DNA from: Ministeria vibrans ATCC 50519
Taxonomy: Eukaryota > Protista > Filasterea
NCBI GenBank assembly: GCA_943704425.1
Contig: CALSCP010001656.1
Coordinates: forward strand, 62,001 to 126,000
DNA length: 64,000 bases
Direction: 5' to 3'
The notes under the pieces are model-generated. The model saw only the letters and a list, made by a program, of their open reading frames with translations, was not told the origin of the DNA and did not search any database. The position numbers and the translations under genes are program-made. Positions 24,543 to 36,546 of the stretch are shown one piece after another (position 1 is the stretch's first letter; the number at the start of each line of letters is the position of its first letter).

Positions 24543-26256
24543 CTACTGGACTGAGTCTCTCTGTCTTTGCCGTAACTTGTCTCTCTGAACAACCTCCAAC
24601 TGCCGCTCCACGTCATTGAAAAAGTCCATCAGAGTCGACGAGATAGTCTTGTCAATGACAGTGCGCGGAATCCATCCGCCAATGTCAGAGTTGATCTAAT
24701 TGATTGAGGGGTTAGTACATTTAAAATTAATATAACTTGACGTGTGTGATCTGTTCGCTCGTACAATCCAAACGAGTTTGCACAGCTCCGGATGACCGTC
24801 GACGCGCGTAAAGATGTACCCACACGGCCCATTCATTCCTTTCACATTTTCCTAACCAACGGCAGTCAGTACATCACAGTTAGAATGAGCCACTGGCTTT
24901 TGGTACCTTTTGCACAGGGTAGCGGGGACCAGAGAGACCAAAGCCGCCTGACACGAGCCCATCGTCAACGGCCTTCCATCCGCAGCAATCATAATACTCG
25001 CGAGCAGAGATAATCCCTCCGGCAACGGGAGTGCTATAAGCAAGTGAGTGTGAATATATATATACATATATATGTGTGTGTGAAGTATGTGTCCATGTGT
25101 GTGCGTGTAATGTGTCTGCCAGCCCCTTTGTCTGTATGTGAATATATGTGCAACGTACGTAATAGTGTGAACAATTGAGACCGAGTCGGTGATCCATCGG
25201 TCCACTGTGAACAAACTCTGTGCGCGATTCCATTCCGGTTGCGAGTCAATGTCGCGCAATAGCTGGGCAAGAAATAAGATTACAATCCGTGACTTCAAGT
25301 GTTTAGTATCCTCTAATAACATACGAGATCAAACACCGTCTGAATGTCTGCGTTTAAAATGCCAATGACACGGAACAAACTGACAGGTTTGGCTGATTTG
25401 CGCTCCACAGTGATACCCATATTTTCCCTAATCACAAATAAAAGAAAGGAAAGACAGAGGGAAATAGAGAGAGAAGAAAAAAAACAGTGACAAAGACACA
25501 GAAAAAGACAGAGAGAATTCTCAAAATGAGCAAGGTTGTGTGTGCATGTGTGTGTAAGTGAGTGTCTTACGCGTCGAGTGTGTGTGGGAGGGGAATAAGC
25601 CTGTTGCGCTCTGTGACGTGAACCCAGTCGGGCGCCCCCGGTCGCCCTGTCGTGTACACCTCGTCCAGTACACGTCCACTCTCGCTTACCTGTTACGCGA
25701 TGTAATATTAGTATACATTTGTGTGTGTGTGTGTGTGTGTGTGCGTGTGTGTAGACCCTGACTGACTAACCCACTGCTTACCAATCGCATATCTTCCGAT
25801 GTCAGTGCTCTCTCACGACCCTTAGGCTCACTTTCGTTCTGCGACTGTGTCGAGTGTGAATGGAAATAGTCAGCGGCACTTGCTAGATCGTGAAACTCTT
25901 CGCTATCACTCATTGTCCCTAAACCAGTAAGAACAATATCCCATCACATATCTCTTCCTGAGTACGCTGTAATGTGCCATTCCAACATACCGTTGATGAG
26001 GTGATCGTCGTCGTCGTGTGCCGGTGGTGTACCGTAAGCGCTGCTCTGTGCCGTATTCGACCGTCTAAAGAGAGAAAGCAAGCAGCAGTAATTGATAGTA
26101 GGCACTAAGTTTGTATTGAATTACGGTCTTGAATCGGAGTCGATTGTGATCCGTTCAGAGGAAAACAGAGGCGTTCGTTCGTGTGCGGTTCGCGAAGTGC
26201 CATTCGCCACAAACAAATCATCTTCTGCGCAATCATATGAGTTTTTTGGGGGGAGG

Positions 26257-26342
<86 letters not shown>

Positions 26343-27135
26343 TTAAAGAGAGAGAGAGGAAGAGATAAACAGAGAGCGGTTTGAGCGTTTTGTTAGTACC
26401 TCTGACTGGCCCATCGACTGGCAGCTGATTTGAGGCACAGCGGTAGTGNNNNNNNNNNNNNNNNNNNNNNNNNNNNNNNNNNNNNNNNNNNNNNNNNNNN
26501 NNNNNNNNNNNNNNNNNNNNNNNNNNNNNNNNNNNNNNNNNNNNNNNNNNNNNNNNNNNNNNNNNNNNNNNNNNNNNNNNNNNNNNNNNNNNNNNNNNNN
26601 NNNNNNNNNNNNNNNNNNNNNNNNNNNNNNNNNNNNNNNNNNNNNNNNNNNNNNNNNNNNNNNNNNNNNNNNNNNNNNNNNNNNNNNNNNNNNNNNNNNN
26701 NNNNNNNNNNNNNNNNNNNNNNNNNNNNNNNNNNNNNNNNNNNNNNNNNNNNNNNNNNNNGTACAGTGGATGGTGTTAGTCGTTGAGGCGCGCAAGCACC
26801 TCGTCGGGATAGTCGGATGAGGGCAGACAATGATGCATGCGCGTCGAGGGAGTGAGAGAGAGAGAGAGAAGGAGAGAGCTGGACCAAAGGAATAAGATTC
26901 GATGTACCGTAATGTCGAAGAGTGAGTCGGCAAACGAATAGTGAACCACCGTTGCGTCCCAGTACGCCGGAAGCCCGCCCTTCCCGCTTGTCTGCAACAC
27001 AACAGCGTCAGTAAACATCCCACGGCCGTCCCCGGGTGCAGGCCAAGGCGCTACCTTGCCAACGAGCAGAAAGAGAGTCAGCATGAGCAAACCATCAAAG
27101 AGACACAGGACGGTAAACACGCTCTTTCCTTTCAT
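24543..27135 (-). CDS. STARD3: STARD3/MLN64-like protein (N-terminal MENTAL-like membrane domain, C-terminal START domain); partly in an N gap
   Basis: VFTVLCLFDGLLMLTLFLL...VVHYSFADSLFDI resembles MENTAL; START motifs QPEWN, VAGGIISAREYYD, KGMNGPCG, VWI|INSDIGGWIPRTVIDK. Confidence 0.75.
26449..26760. other. Assembly gap (312 N); smaller gaps at 21671-21680, 23214-23216 and 53513-53521
   Basis: Runs of n. Confidence 1.
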
Positions 27136-27363
27136 GCTGAGACCGATCCAAATCCCTCTCAGTGAAGCCGACGGTAGTGCAGCGGTGTCTTGTAGTGTTA
27201 CAAGAAAGAAGGAGAGGCAAATTAATGACTAATATTTTTATAAACAAGTTCTTATTTCACAATAATATTAATTTCACAGTTCACTCATCACTTGTCAAGT
27301 GATTTTTCTCTGCTCCAGGACTATATTTGAGTATCTACACGTGTCGCACGGCCTTCTTCTGCG

Positions 27364-28601
27364 ATGGACTTTGATTCGGTGTTGCTTGTCAAGCCTGAAG
27401 TGCTCTTGTACAAAATCCCACCGAGAACAACCAACCGCGGCTACAAGGTGAGCTCGACGCGTCCCTGGGTGCTGTGTGTGGTGCCGCTAGGGATTGGTGA
27501 CGGTAGATGGGGCTGTCGCGCGGGCTCTGTGACGAATGGGCCAAACGAAAAGCGATTTTCGTTTGAAAGTTCAATTTTTACTGACTTTTGTCGCTCTAGG
27601 CGAGCGATTGGAACCTTCAATGCCCCATGTGGAGCGGTAGAGTACGCGTCGTGACGCGTGGCGACGAATTGTTTGTGCGATTCGAAGACAAATCGACAGG
27701 CGAACTTTTCGCTGAATCGCACATCAAGGCATATCCTGGAGTCGACTTAGAATCGGTATGGAGAGACCGTTGCAGGCGCGTTCTGACCCAGACTCATGTA
27801 TGTATGTTTGTGTGTGTGTGTGTTTTTGTGGTGTGTGTGTCTTTGTGGTGTATGTGTGTGTGTGTCTTTGTGGTGTGTGTGTCTTTGTGGTGTATGTGTG
27901 TGTGTGTCTTTGTGGTCTGTGTGTCTTTGTGGTGTATGTGAATGTGTGTTTGTGGTGTGTATGTGAATGTGTGTTTGTGGTGTGTGTGTAATTAGGTTGT
28001 GGACAGCAGTCGGTACTTTGTGCTTCAGATTGCGTCTGGGGCGCAACATGCCTTTATCGGAATGGGATTTGCCGAACGTGGAGACTCTTTTGATCTCCAG
28101 GCAGCAGTACAGGACCACTTTCGATACATCAAGGTGAACACTCCAAGTATCATGGGAGAGACGATAACTGTGTTGGAATTTGGAGTAGACGTCGCGTGAA
28201 ATTGCCGCTGCACCCCCTGACATGGGATCGAACAAGGACTACAGTTTGGGTTCGGGACAGAAGATTACCCTGAAGCTGAAGAGCGGGCCCGACGGCAAGC
28301 CCGTGCAGCACCATGCGCCCGCCAAGTCGGCGGCAGGAGGTGTCGGAGGTATGCTGTTGTAAATGGTATCGATCATCTCATAATACGTATGTGTATTGTT
28401 GTATGGGTTTGTTTAGGACTGCTATTACCACCGCCACCGTCGTCGAGCGGGAAGGTCGTGGGACAGGCCGCCATGTCTGCGCCCGCTGCTGCCACTGCCA
28501 CTGCCACTGCAGCTGGTGATACCTTTGACGACTGGGGCGACTTTTCCAGTGGTTCGGGGGCTCCCGCAAGCTCAGGGACTGATGACTGGGTGCAGTTTTA
28601 G
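27364..28601 (+). CDS. NECAP: Adaptin ear-binding coat-associated protein
   Basis: [23 protein letters not shown]|[28 protein letters not shown]-terminal DDWGDF and DDWVQF-stop WxxF motifs. Confidence 0.96.
27810..27990. repeat. Intronic (TG)n-TCTTTGTGG minisatellite; related arrays at about 32951-33075 and 33260-33395
   Basis: Repeated TGTGTGTCTTTGTGGTG units. Confidence 0.8.
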
Positions 28602-28732
28602 AGAGAAGAGAGTCCAGTGAAATGAAATAATTACGAAAATTAATAATTAATCGGAGCGTTTCAATGTCAATCATTAACCACACTGTAATTTTCATTCTAA
28701 TCTCTAATTGCTTGCTTTCTGATCAATTTCCA

Positions 28733-30404
28733 ATGGATGAAGATGCGGCAGTGATCTACGGCCTCGGCCAGAAGGCGCGGGCGATGTGTCCGGTGCGCAG
28801 CGAGCCGGATGAGACGCAGTTTCTGGTGGGCACTCTTGCGCCGCGCAGGGACGACATGGCGATGCTGCACCGCGTGGCCTTTGACGAGGAGAACAACAGC
28901 ATTGCCCGGAGCGTCGTCTACCAGCACCCCATGGGCGAGGTGTGGCAGGTGGCGTCGTCGCCGGGCCACAGCGCCATTTGCGCGACAGTCCATCTTCAGG
29001 TTCGCTTTTGCGCTTCATCTCCTGTGCTTCTGCTGCTCGCGACCCGCCGGGAATGTCCCAGTGGGTTTTGTGTAGTTTGTCGTGCGCGCCCAACGGCTGT
29101 TTATCTGTTGCTTCTTCGACCTATTGTCTCTTTTTTCGCCTTGTTGATTTTCTCTCTCGCTCTGTTGTGATGTTTCGCGCAGGTTCGTGAGAACAAGGCA
29201 ATATCACGCGCATCGGTGCTGCGCTTGCCTGACCCACCGACCAACCCCAACGAATCGGCGTCGGTCGTGGAGCTGTGCCAATTGCCGCTGGCGGAGAATG
29301 CGTCTGCGCGCACTGTACTATTTCACCCGAATGAGTCGTCCACACGCATTGCGGCAGTCGACGAGAACGCCCTGACTGTGTTTGATCTGGGTGCGGACTG
29401 GGCGAGCGACGCTAAAGAAACATCAGCTATCCGGCTGGACGACAGGAGTCGCATGAAATTCACAACGGGCGTTTGGTGTCCACACCATCAGGTCAGCCTG
29501 AACACACACTCTCGATGTGTGTGTGTTGACTTTTTTTATCGATGTGTGTGTGTGTGTGTATGCTTGTGTTGTTTGTAGTGTTCTCAAATAGCGACTGCGA
29601 ACGAGACGAGTGTGCGTGGATGGGATTTACGGTCAGGGAAACAATCGTATCACATTGAAAATGCGCATTCGCTGGTAAGAGCAACCGAAAAAAAAAATTG
29701 AATGAGTCAATGACACGAGCTTATATATCTATATACATATATATATGTGTGTGTGTGATGTAGATGGTACGCGACATTGACTTTAATGCGAACAAACCGT
29801 ATATGGTTGTAAGTGGTGGCGATGATTGTCGAGTGCGCTTTTGGGACGTGAGAAACACTAAATCGGGTAAGACAAAGAGAGAATGAGAGGCATAAAATAG
29901 ACACAATGAGGGAGTTATGTTATGTGCGTGAAAGAGTACTGAACAAGAGGACAGGGCCACTGAAAACTCTGAGCGACCACTCTCACTGGGTGTGGTCGGT
30001 GCGGTACAACCGCTTCCACGACCAGCTGGTGTTGTGCGGCAGTTCCGACTCGGATGCCTTTCTACATGCCGTCGCCTCCCTCAGCAGCGACCCCTGCGGT
30101 ACCATGGCCGCCCTTGACGTGGACGACGACGACGACGACGACGACGCCAGCCATGACCGCCCTTCGTATGTGTTTGCATTGCACTCACATTGAAGCTGAC
30201 TAGTTTTCTCTTTTCTGCGCGTCTAGACGGACTCCTCTCGAAGATCGTGTCGTGTGCCATTACGACGAGCACGAAGACTCCGTATATGCCGTCGAGTGGA
30301 GCGAGGCCGATCCCTGGATCTTTGCCTCCCTTTCCTACGACGGTCGACTTGTCATTAACCATGTGCCTCGCGAGGAGAAGTTTAAGATAATGATGTTGAA
30401 GTAA
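28733..30404 (+). CDS. EIPR1: EARP/GARP-interacting WD40 protein
   Basis: [82 protein letters not shown]. Confidence 0.95.
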
Positions 30405-30578
30405 AGATGAGATATTCATTATAATAGAAAAAAGATACAAGAAATAGGGAGATGATAGAATCGAGAGCTGTAACAGCTGTTCTCAATGTCAAAACAAAAC
30501 ATAAAGTGAATGCTATGAACAATAATTATTAATTAATAATCGATTTATGATGTTATTCATTTATATTATTATTCTTAC

Positions 30579-32143
30579 ATGGCGTGCATGAAGGATGTCG
30601 CTCCGTACGGCAGCTCCATCCTTATTGCGTACATGATTGCCTTTGTGGACTTGTGCGGCTTCGGCTTGCTCCTTCCGCTTCTGCCATGTGAGAGACAAGA
30701 CAACTTGTCATCTCTCTCTCTCTCTCTCTCTCCTCTTTCTCTCTCTCTCTCTGACCAGTTGTGTAGATTATTTCAACCTCTTACCTGGATTCGGAGACGC
30801 CTCGCAGTCCGGCATCGTCTATGGGTGTCTTCAGGGTGCATTTTCCTTGGGGCAAGTCATCGGAGGGGTCATTTTAGGGTCGCTGTCGGACCGGTGGGGT
30901 CGAAAAGTTCTGCTGCTTGTGTCGCTGGCGGGTAGTGCCGTCTTCTTCTCTCTCACCGCCATAGCCACGACACTACCGCTTCTGATTGCATGCCGAGGGT
31001 TTGCCGGGCTGTTTGCCAGTGCCGGAGGGATTGTGAGTGCGTATGTGTCGGACGTGACGACCGAAGCGACGCGATCAAGGTGCGCACACGCAGAGGCGGC
31101 GGACGTGGCGGGTCATTGTTCTCTTGTAGGTATATGGGGCTGCTCGGGGGTGTCTTTGCCGCAGGGTTTGTCAGTGGACCGGCCATTGGGGGCTTTCTGG
31201 GCTCGTCCTTTGGGGTTCTACTGGGATTCAAAGTGGCAAGCTATGTGGCGGGCGGCGTGTGTCTGCTCAACCTGGTCTTCTGCTTCTTCTTCTTTCGCAA
31301 TGCGGATGCACCGTCACCACCAGAGGAGAAGCTGAGCAATGACGATAATGCTAATGATGGCGCTGGGGCGCGGGAAAAGAACGATACGAAGAGGGAGTCG
31401 TTGTGGAAGGGAGTGCGGACAGCTTTTCGCCAGCGCGTTCTCGTGGCGCTCTTTGTCTCGACCTTCTTTGTCTCGCTATGTGTGACCATTATGGAAAGTG
31501 CGATTGCGCTGTTTCTCAAAGACGTGTACGATTATCCTGAAAAGTACGCGGGGGTGCTCTTTGCGGTGTTTGGAGTGATTATGGCGCTGACACTCATCGT
31601 GGCGTTTCAGCCGCTCATGCGACTGGTTGGGCCTGTGAACATTCTACGCCTGGCCGCACTGCTCTTGGCGGGTTTGAGTGCGTCTATTCCTATTGTGCCC
31701 TCGCTCAATGCCATCTATGTGTTGCTGTCGGGCTTTGCCGTTGCCAATGGTGTTGTGGGGTCGTCCTTCTCAGTGCTGACTTCCAATCTTGCAAAGGGGT
31801 CCTTTGGTTCAGTGCTGGGCATTCGGCGCAGTTTTGGCTCTCTTGCCCGTGCCCTTGGACCCTTTCTTGCGGGATCTCTCTATGATTTGACTGTGCTCAG
31901 CACTGATTTGCCCCATTCGATTCCTTTTTTCGTTGCGGGAAGTAAGCCAAGTTGAAACATGTACAATACGACTTTCTTATTGTTGTATTGTTGTTTGGTT
32001 TTATAGTGAGTGGCTTCATTGCGATGTGTCTGTTACTGTCTGTGCCGCACTACAAGAGTGAAAATCCCATCGTGACCAATGCGGAGTTGGGACCCGACGA
32101 GACAACCCGACTCATTCAGTCCGATTCCGGTCCATCCGTCTAA
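30579..32143 (+). CDS. MFS transporter (TetA/MFSD9-14-like)
   Basis: DLCGFGLLLPLLP, motif A GSLSDRWGRK, GFVSGPAIGG, SLARALGP; acidic-dileucine-like ETTRLI tail. Confidence 0.9.
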
Positions 32144-32332
32144 ATTGATTTCATTGTGTGGTGCAACATATATTTGGGAGCCGCAACGCAATAATTAATT
32201 GTAACTTACATTCATTGAATTTTGTAATGTACCCAATTTCATGATTAAATTTGACTTTCCATTTTTTCGATTCAGAATCAATTTTCAGAGGAACCGATCA
32301 ACATTGATGAATATTATTTTCCTCCGTAACGT

Positions 32333-32947
32333 ATGAAGATACTCTCATTCAATGTCAACGGCCTTCAGAAGAACGTCGCGACTGCCGGATCACCCAAGAG
32401 CTTCTTAGATTCGCTTGATGCCGACATTATCTGTCTCCAAGGTGCGCCCCCTCGCCACGGCCGACGCTCACACTGCCCTCTGACCCTTGCCTGTGCTTTT
32501 CTTCTCTGCCGTGTGTGCGTGCGTCGGCAGAAGTCAAGGTTCGTTTGGAGCAGCGAAGCGAGACTCACAATAGAATGTATGTTGACGCAGCTCACTCGCG
32601 GCGAATACGACGTTGGACTGGAGGTGGTCGACGGCTACGACTCGTACATGTGCCTGACGACGCGCGGTGGCAAGTCGGAGGGGCCGTCGCGCAAGGCGGG
32701 GTGAGGAATGAGGGGAGTTTGGTGTGTGTTGACGGAGTTGGTCTGACAACGGGCGACGCGGCGTAGGGGCTACTCGGGCGTAGCAGTGTACTGCAGGCTG
32801 CGGATGGCTCCCGTTGCTGCTGAGCAAGGCATGACTGGCATGGTGTGGGGCGTGAATGAGGATATCGGCGGTTACGGCGACATGGCACTGCGCTGGTCCA
32901 AGGAGGAGCTTGTCGACGTGGACAAGGAGGGCCGGTACGCGCGTCAA

Positions 32948-32978
<31 letters not shown>

Positions 32979-34484
32979 CTTTGTGATGTGTGTGTGTCTT
33001 TGTGATGTGTGTGTGTCATTGTGGTGTGGGTATGTCTTTGTGGTGTGTGTGTGTCATTGTGATGTGTATGCGTGTGTTTCTTGCTTTGTTGACTCTGAGC
33101 TTGTAGATGTGTGATTGTCGACTTTGGGTCCTTTGTTCTCTTTAATCTGTACTGCCCATCGGCACATCGTCCTGAGAAAGAGTCTGCCGACCATGCTCGT
33201 CGATTTCAGCTCAAGCAGCGCTTTCAAGTGAGTGAATAAAAATATTGCAACTATGTCGATGTGTGTCTTTGTGGTGTGCACTTTGGGAAAACGTTTTGAT
33301 GGTTCTTGTGGTGTGTATCTTTGTTATGTGTCTTTGTGGTGCGTCCTTTAAGATAATGATAATAATTATTTTGATGGTCTTTGTGGGGTGTGTGTAGGAC
33401 GTGTTAGAGGCGCGTTGCGTGGCTCTGCGAGCCAGTGGTCGTGAAGTTATTCTTGTAGGTGACTTTAACATAACTCACCGCAAAATTGACTGCAAACGAC
33501 CCGAAGAATACGTAAGCCAGAGAGTGAGTAGAGGGAGAGGAGTCATCAAGGGGTGTTTTATTAAATCAATAGTGTGTGTTGATATTGTGTTGCACACAGT
33601 GCACTCCCACAGAGCCCTTTGACGCACATCCAACGCGAGTGTGGCTCAGTGGCTTTCTTGAGCGTGCCAATGTGTGTGATTCGTTTCGTGTGTTTCATCC
33701 GGAGCGGAAGAATGCATTCACGTTTTGGAGTCAGTACACTCGGGAGCGCGAGCACAATGCAGGGCGACGACTGGACTATGCGCTGGTGAGTGACGCGTTA
33801 ATGAAGGAGCGGGTGATCATGTGTGACATTCAGCCGGATGTGACTGGCAGCGATCACTGTCCCGTTGTGCTGACCCTGCGTGACGGGTTGGAAGGGTTGG
33901 AGAGCGAGCGGGAACGACCCGCTCTAAGTGGGCGAGTGCGAGTTCGGCGCGCTGAGCAACTGACGGTTAAAGACATGTTTATGAGTGTGCCACTGAAAGC
34001 AAAGAGGGCATGCGAAGGGAATGGAGAGGAAGAGCGTGTTGTGAAGAAGGCCAAGAGTGCACGGAAGGGCGGGGCGACCAAGATCACGTCGTTCTTTGCA
34101 ATGGGTACATCGACCAAGACGGAGACAGTCTCAGCAACAGCAACACACTCGGACGCGAACACGACCAGTGATGGTGACGTTCAAGCCGTACCCCTGACGG
34201 ACTTTGCACGGTCGTTTTTTGCGTCCTCAAGTAGCCGTGCGACGCAAGGGTACGGGGGTGGGCAGCGAGCGAGTGCGGCGTCGTGGTGGAAGACGAGTCT
34301 GGGGGGGCCTAGGTCGCTGCCGCAGTGCGCGCACAAGGAGGCGTCCGTAGAGCGGGTTGTTAAGAAGGAAGGGCCCAACCGCGGACGCAAGTTCTACACG
34401 TGTGCGCGTGCGGATGGCGACAAGGGTGATGCCAGCGCTAGCTGCGGGTTCTTCAAGTGGGCCACTGACCTGAAGAAGCAGTAG
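32333..34484 (+). CDS. APEX2: AP endonuclease 2 (ExoIII domain, PIP-like box, zf-GRF)
   Basis: SFNVNG, ICLQ|EVK, GYSGVA, DKEGR, GDFNI, RLDYAL, GSDHCPV, KITSFF, CAHKE...KEGPNRGRKFYTCAR...CGFFKW. Confidence 0.96.
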
Positions 34485-34491
34485 CATTCAC

Positions 34492-34527
<36 letters not shown>

Positions 34528-34669
34528 TGTGTGCGTGCGTGTGTGTGTGCGTGCGTGTGTGTGTGCGTGCGTGTGTGTGTGTGTGTGTGCTGTGTATATA
34601 TGTGTGCATGAGGAATATACGGAGTAATGTCTATATTATAGTATAATGAAAAGTTGATTGAGTGTGTCT

Positions 34670-36278
34670 CTATGAATGAGTCTGGCAGAATGTGACAATG
34701 CGCGTGGCAATGTCTGCGCCTGCGTCGTCCTGCAGAAAATGCCCGGCGCCCTCTACACACGACCACTGCGCATTGGGAATCACCTTTGCAAACCTAACGA
34801 CAGAAAATAAAAAATAAATTAATCAAAAAAGCCTATTTGCACAGCCTTACCAAGGCCCAATGTCGCGGGTGACAGGGCACTTGTTAGAGTAGAGAACGAG
34901 AGTGGGGCGCATCCATTCGGAGCCCTTGAGGAACTCCTTTGCACGCGCAAAGTTACGTGCCGTGTCGGAGTAGCGGTGGAGGGGCACGAGCAGTGGCCAG
35001 ACAGCCGCACCCACGGCGTACTGGGGTGACGGGAAGGGGGCCGCGTAGGCACGCGTCTCGCCTGCACTGAGGTGCTTACATCCGGTGCTCATGATGGATC
35101 CGACGGGTATGTCGCTGTCAAGAAGCTCGACAGCACTGCGCCACACGAGAAAGTTCGCACTGGTTCGAAGCGACGTCTGCGTGGTGAAGGGCAAGAGAAT
35201 GAGCAAGATTCGCGCCAATAGGAGAACCCATCATACTTTGTGAGGAGGAAGTCCCGTATTCATGATGACACAGCGGCGCACTGCGTCGCGTTTGAGGTCG
35301 GGCAAGGTTGAGAGGCCAATGAGACCGCCCCAGTCTTGCACAATGAGAGTGGCGCCCTTGATGTTGAGGCGAGTCATGACCTATACAACGCAAGAGAAAG
35401 CAAGTGTGTGTGAGCGAGAGAAAGAGAAACAAGACGAAGCAAAGTGGTAAAGAAACAAAGTGAAGAAACAAAGTGACAGAGAGACAGAAGAAACAAAGTG
35501 AAGAAACAAAATGACAGAGAGACAGAAGAAACAAAGTGAAGAAACAAAATGACAGAGAGACAGAAGAAACAAAGTGAAGAAACAAAATGACAGATAGAAA
35601 GAGATAAAGAGGAGGAAACAGACAGCTGGCAAGGGGCGGGGTGACCTGCAGAAAGGTGTTCTGATGCATCTCGACAGTGTACGCTGAGCGCGCAGTGAAC
35701 TTGTCGCTCTTGCCAAAGCCAATGAAGTCAAACGCCACGACACGCATGCCGGCTGCCACAAAGACAGGGATCATCTTGCGGTAGAGGTACGACCATGACG
35801 GCTCGCCGTGCAGGCACACCATCGTTTCCGCTGCATCTGCCGATCCCTGCGCAAAACGACAAGAAGGAAAAATATATCAAAAATCAAAAACACGTTGATC
35901 GCAGGCGGATTAGAGGCCCACGGAGAGCACAGAGGCTCCAATGACGCACAGCAGCACACTGTACGTGCCATGAGGGGGCGTGCGCGGCGACACGCGGGCC
36001 CGTTTGTGGGCTATGGCGCTCACCTCGTCAACATAGTGGACGGCGACTTTGCCCGACGGCGTTTCGACGTGGAGGAAGTGTGCCTGGAAGGGAAAGTGCG
36101 GGATGCCCTCGAAGCGAGCCTCGGGAGTGTGCACGATCGAGGCCGAGGGTGTTTCGGTGCGCAGACCGGGCAAGTGGTTCAGCAGAGGAATCAGTCGCAA
36201 AAATCGTCGCGTCACCGCCAGGGTCTTGAGCACGAGCGCCAGTAAGAATAAGACGGTGATGCGGAATGCCTTTTGCAT
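34670..36278 (-). CDS. Haloalkane dehalogenase-like alpha/beta hydrolase (HLD-I type) with N-terminal hydrophobic leader
   Basis: TPEARF, HYVDEG, HGEPSWSYLYRKMIP, DFIGFGKSDK, nucleophile QDWGG, MNTG, AYAAPFP, GAGHFLQDD. Confidence 0.9.
35440..35600. repeat. Intronic tandem repeat of about 37 nt (AGAAACAAAGTGAAGAAACAAAATGACAGAGAGACAG), about 4 copies
   Basis: Visible tandem units. Confidence 0.85.
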
Positions 36279-36546
36279 GGTGATCCGAAAAAGGGAAAGC
36301 TTAATCAATAGTCATATTTTGAAAATTGAATTTTGACACATTTCTGACGTAAAAGTTGAGACTCAAGTTGATTCGAGGTCGAAAATTTTATACGTCGTTC
36401 CAGCTGAGCGTTCCGTACATAAAATTAACTATCAAGTATCAGGGTGCGCATTTTCAATAATATGCAATTAATGCTCGATGTATTTCAAAAACACAAAAAA
36501 ATGTATTCCTCTGTCTCAAACATATTTAGTCTCTTTCTCTTCTCTC

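Noticed and set aside
2193-30404. Lipid (HMGCS, KDSR, CEPT, STARD3) or endosomal (STARD3, NECAP, EIPR1) gene cluster
   Set aside because: Different pathways interspersed with unrelated genes; compatible with chance in a compact genome.
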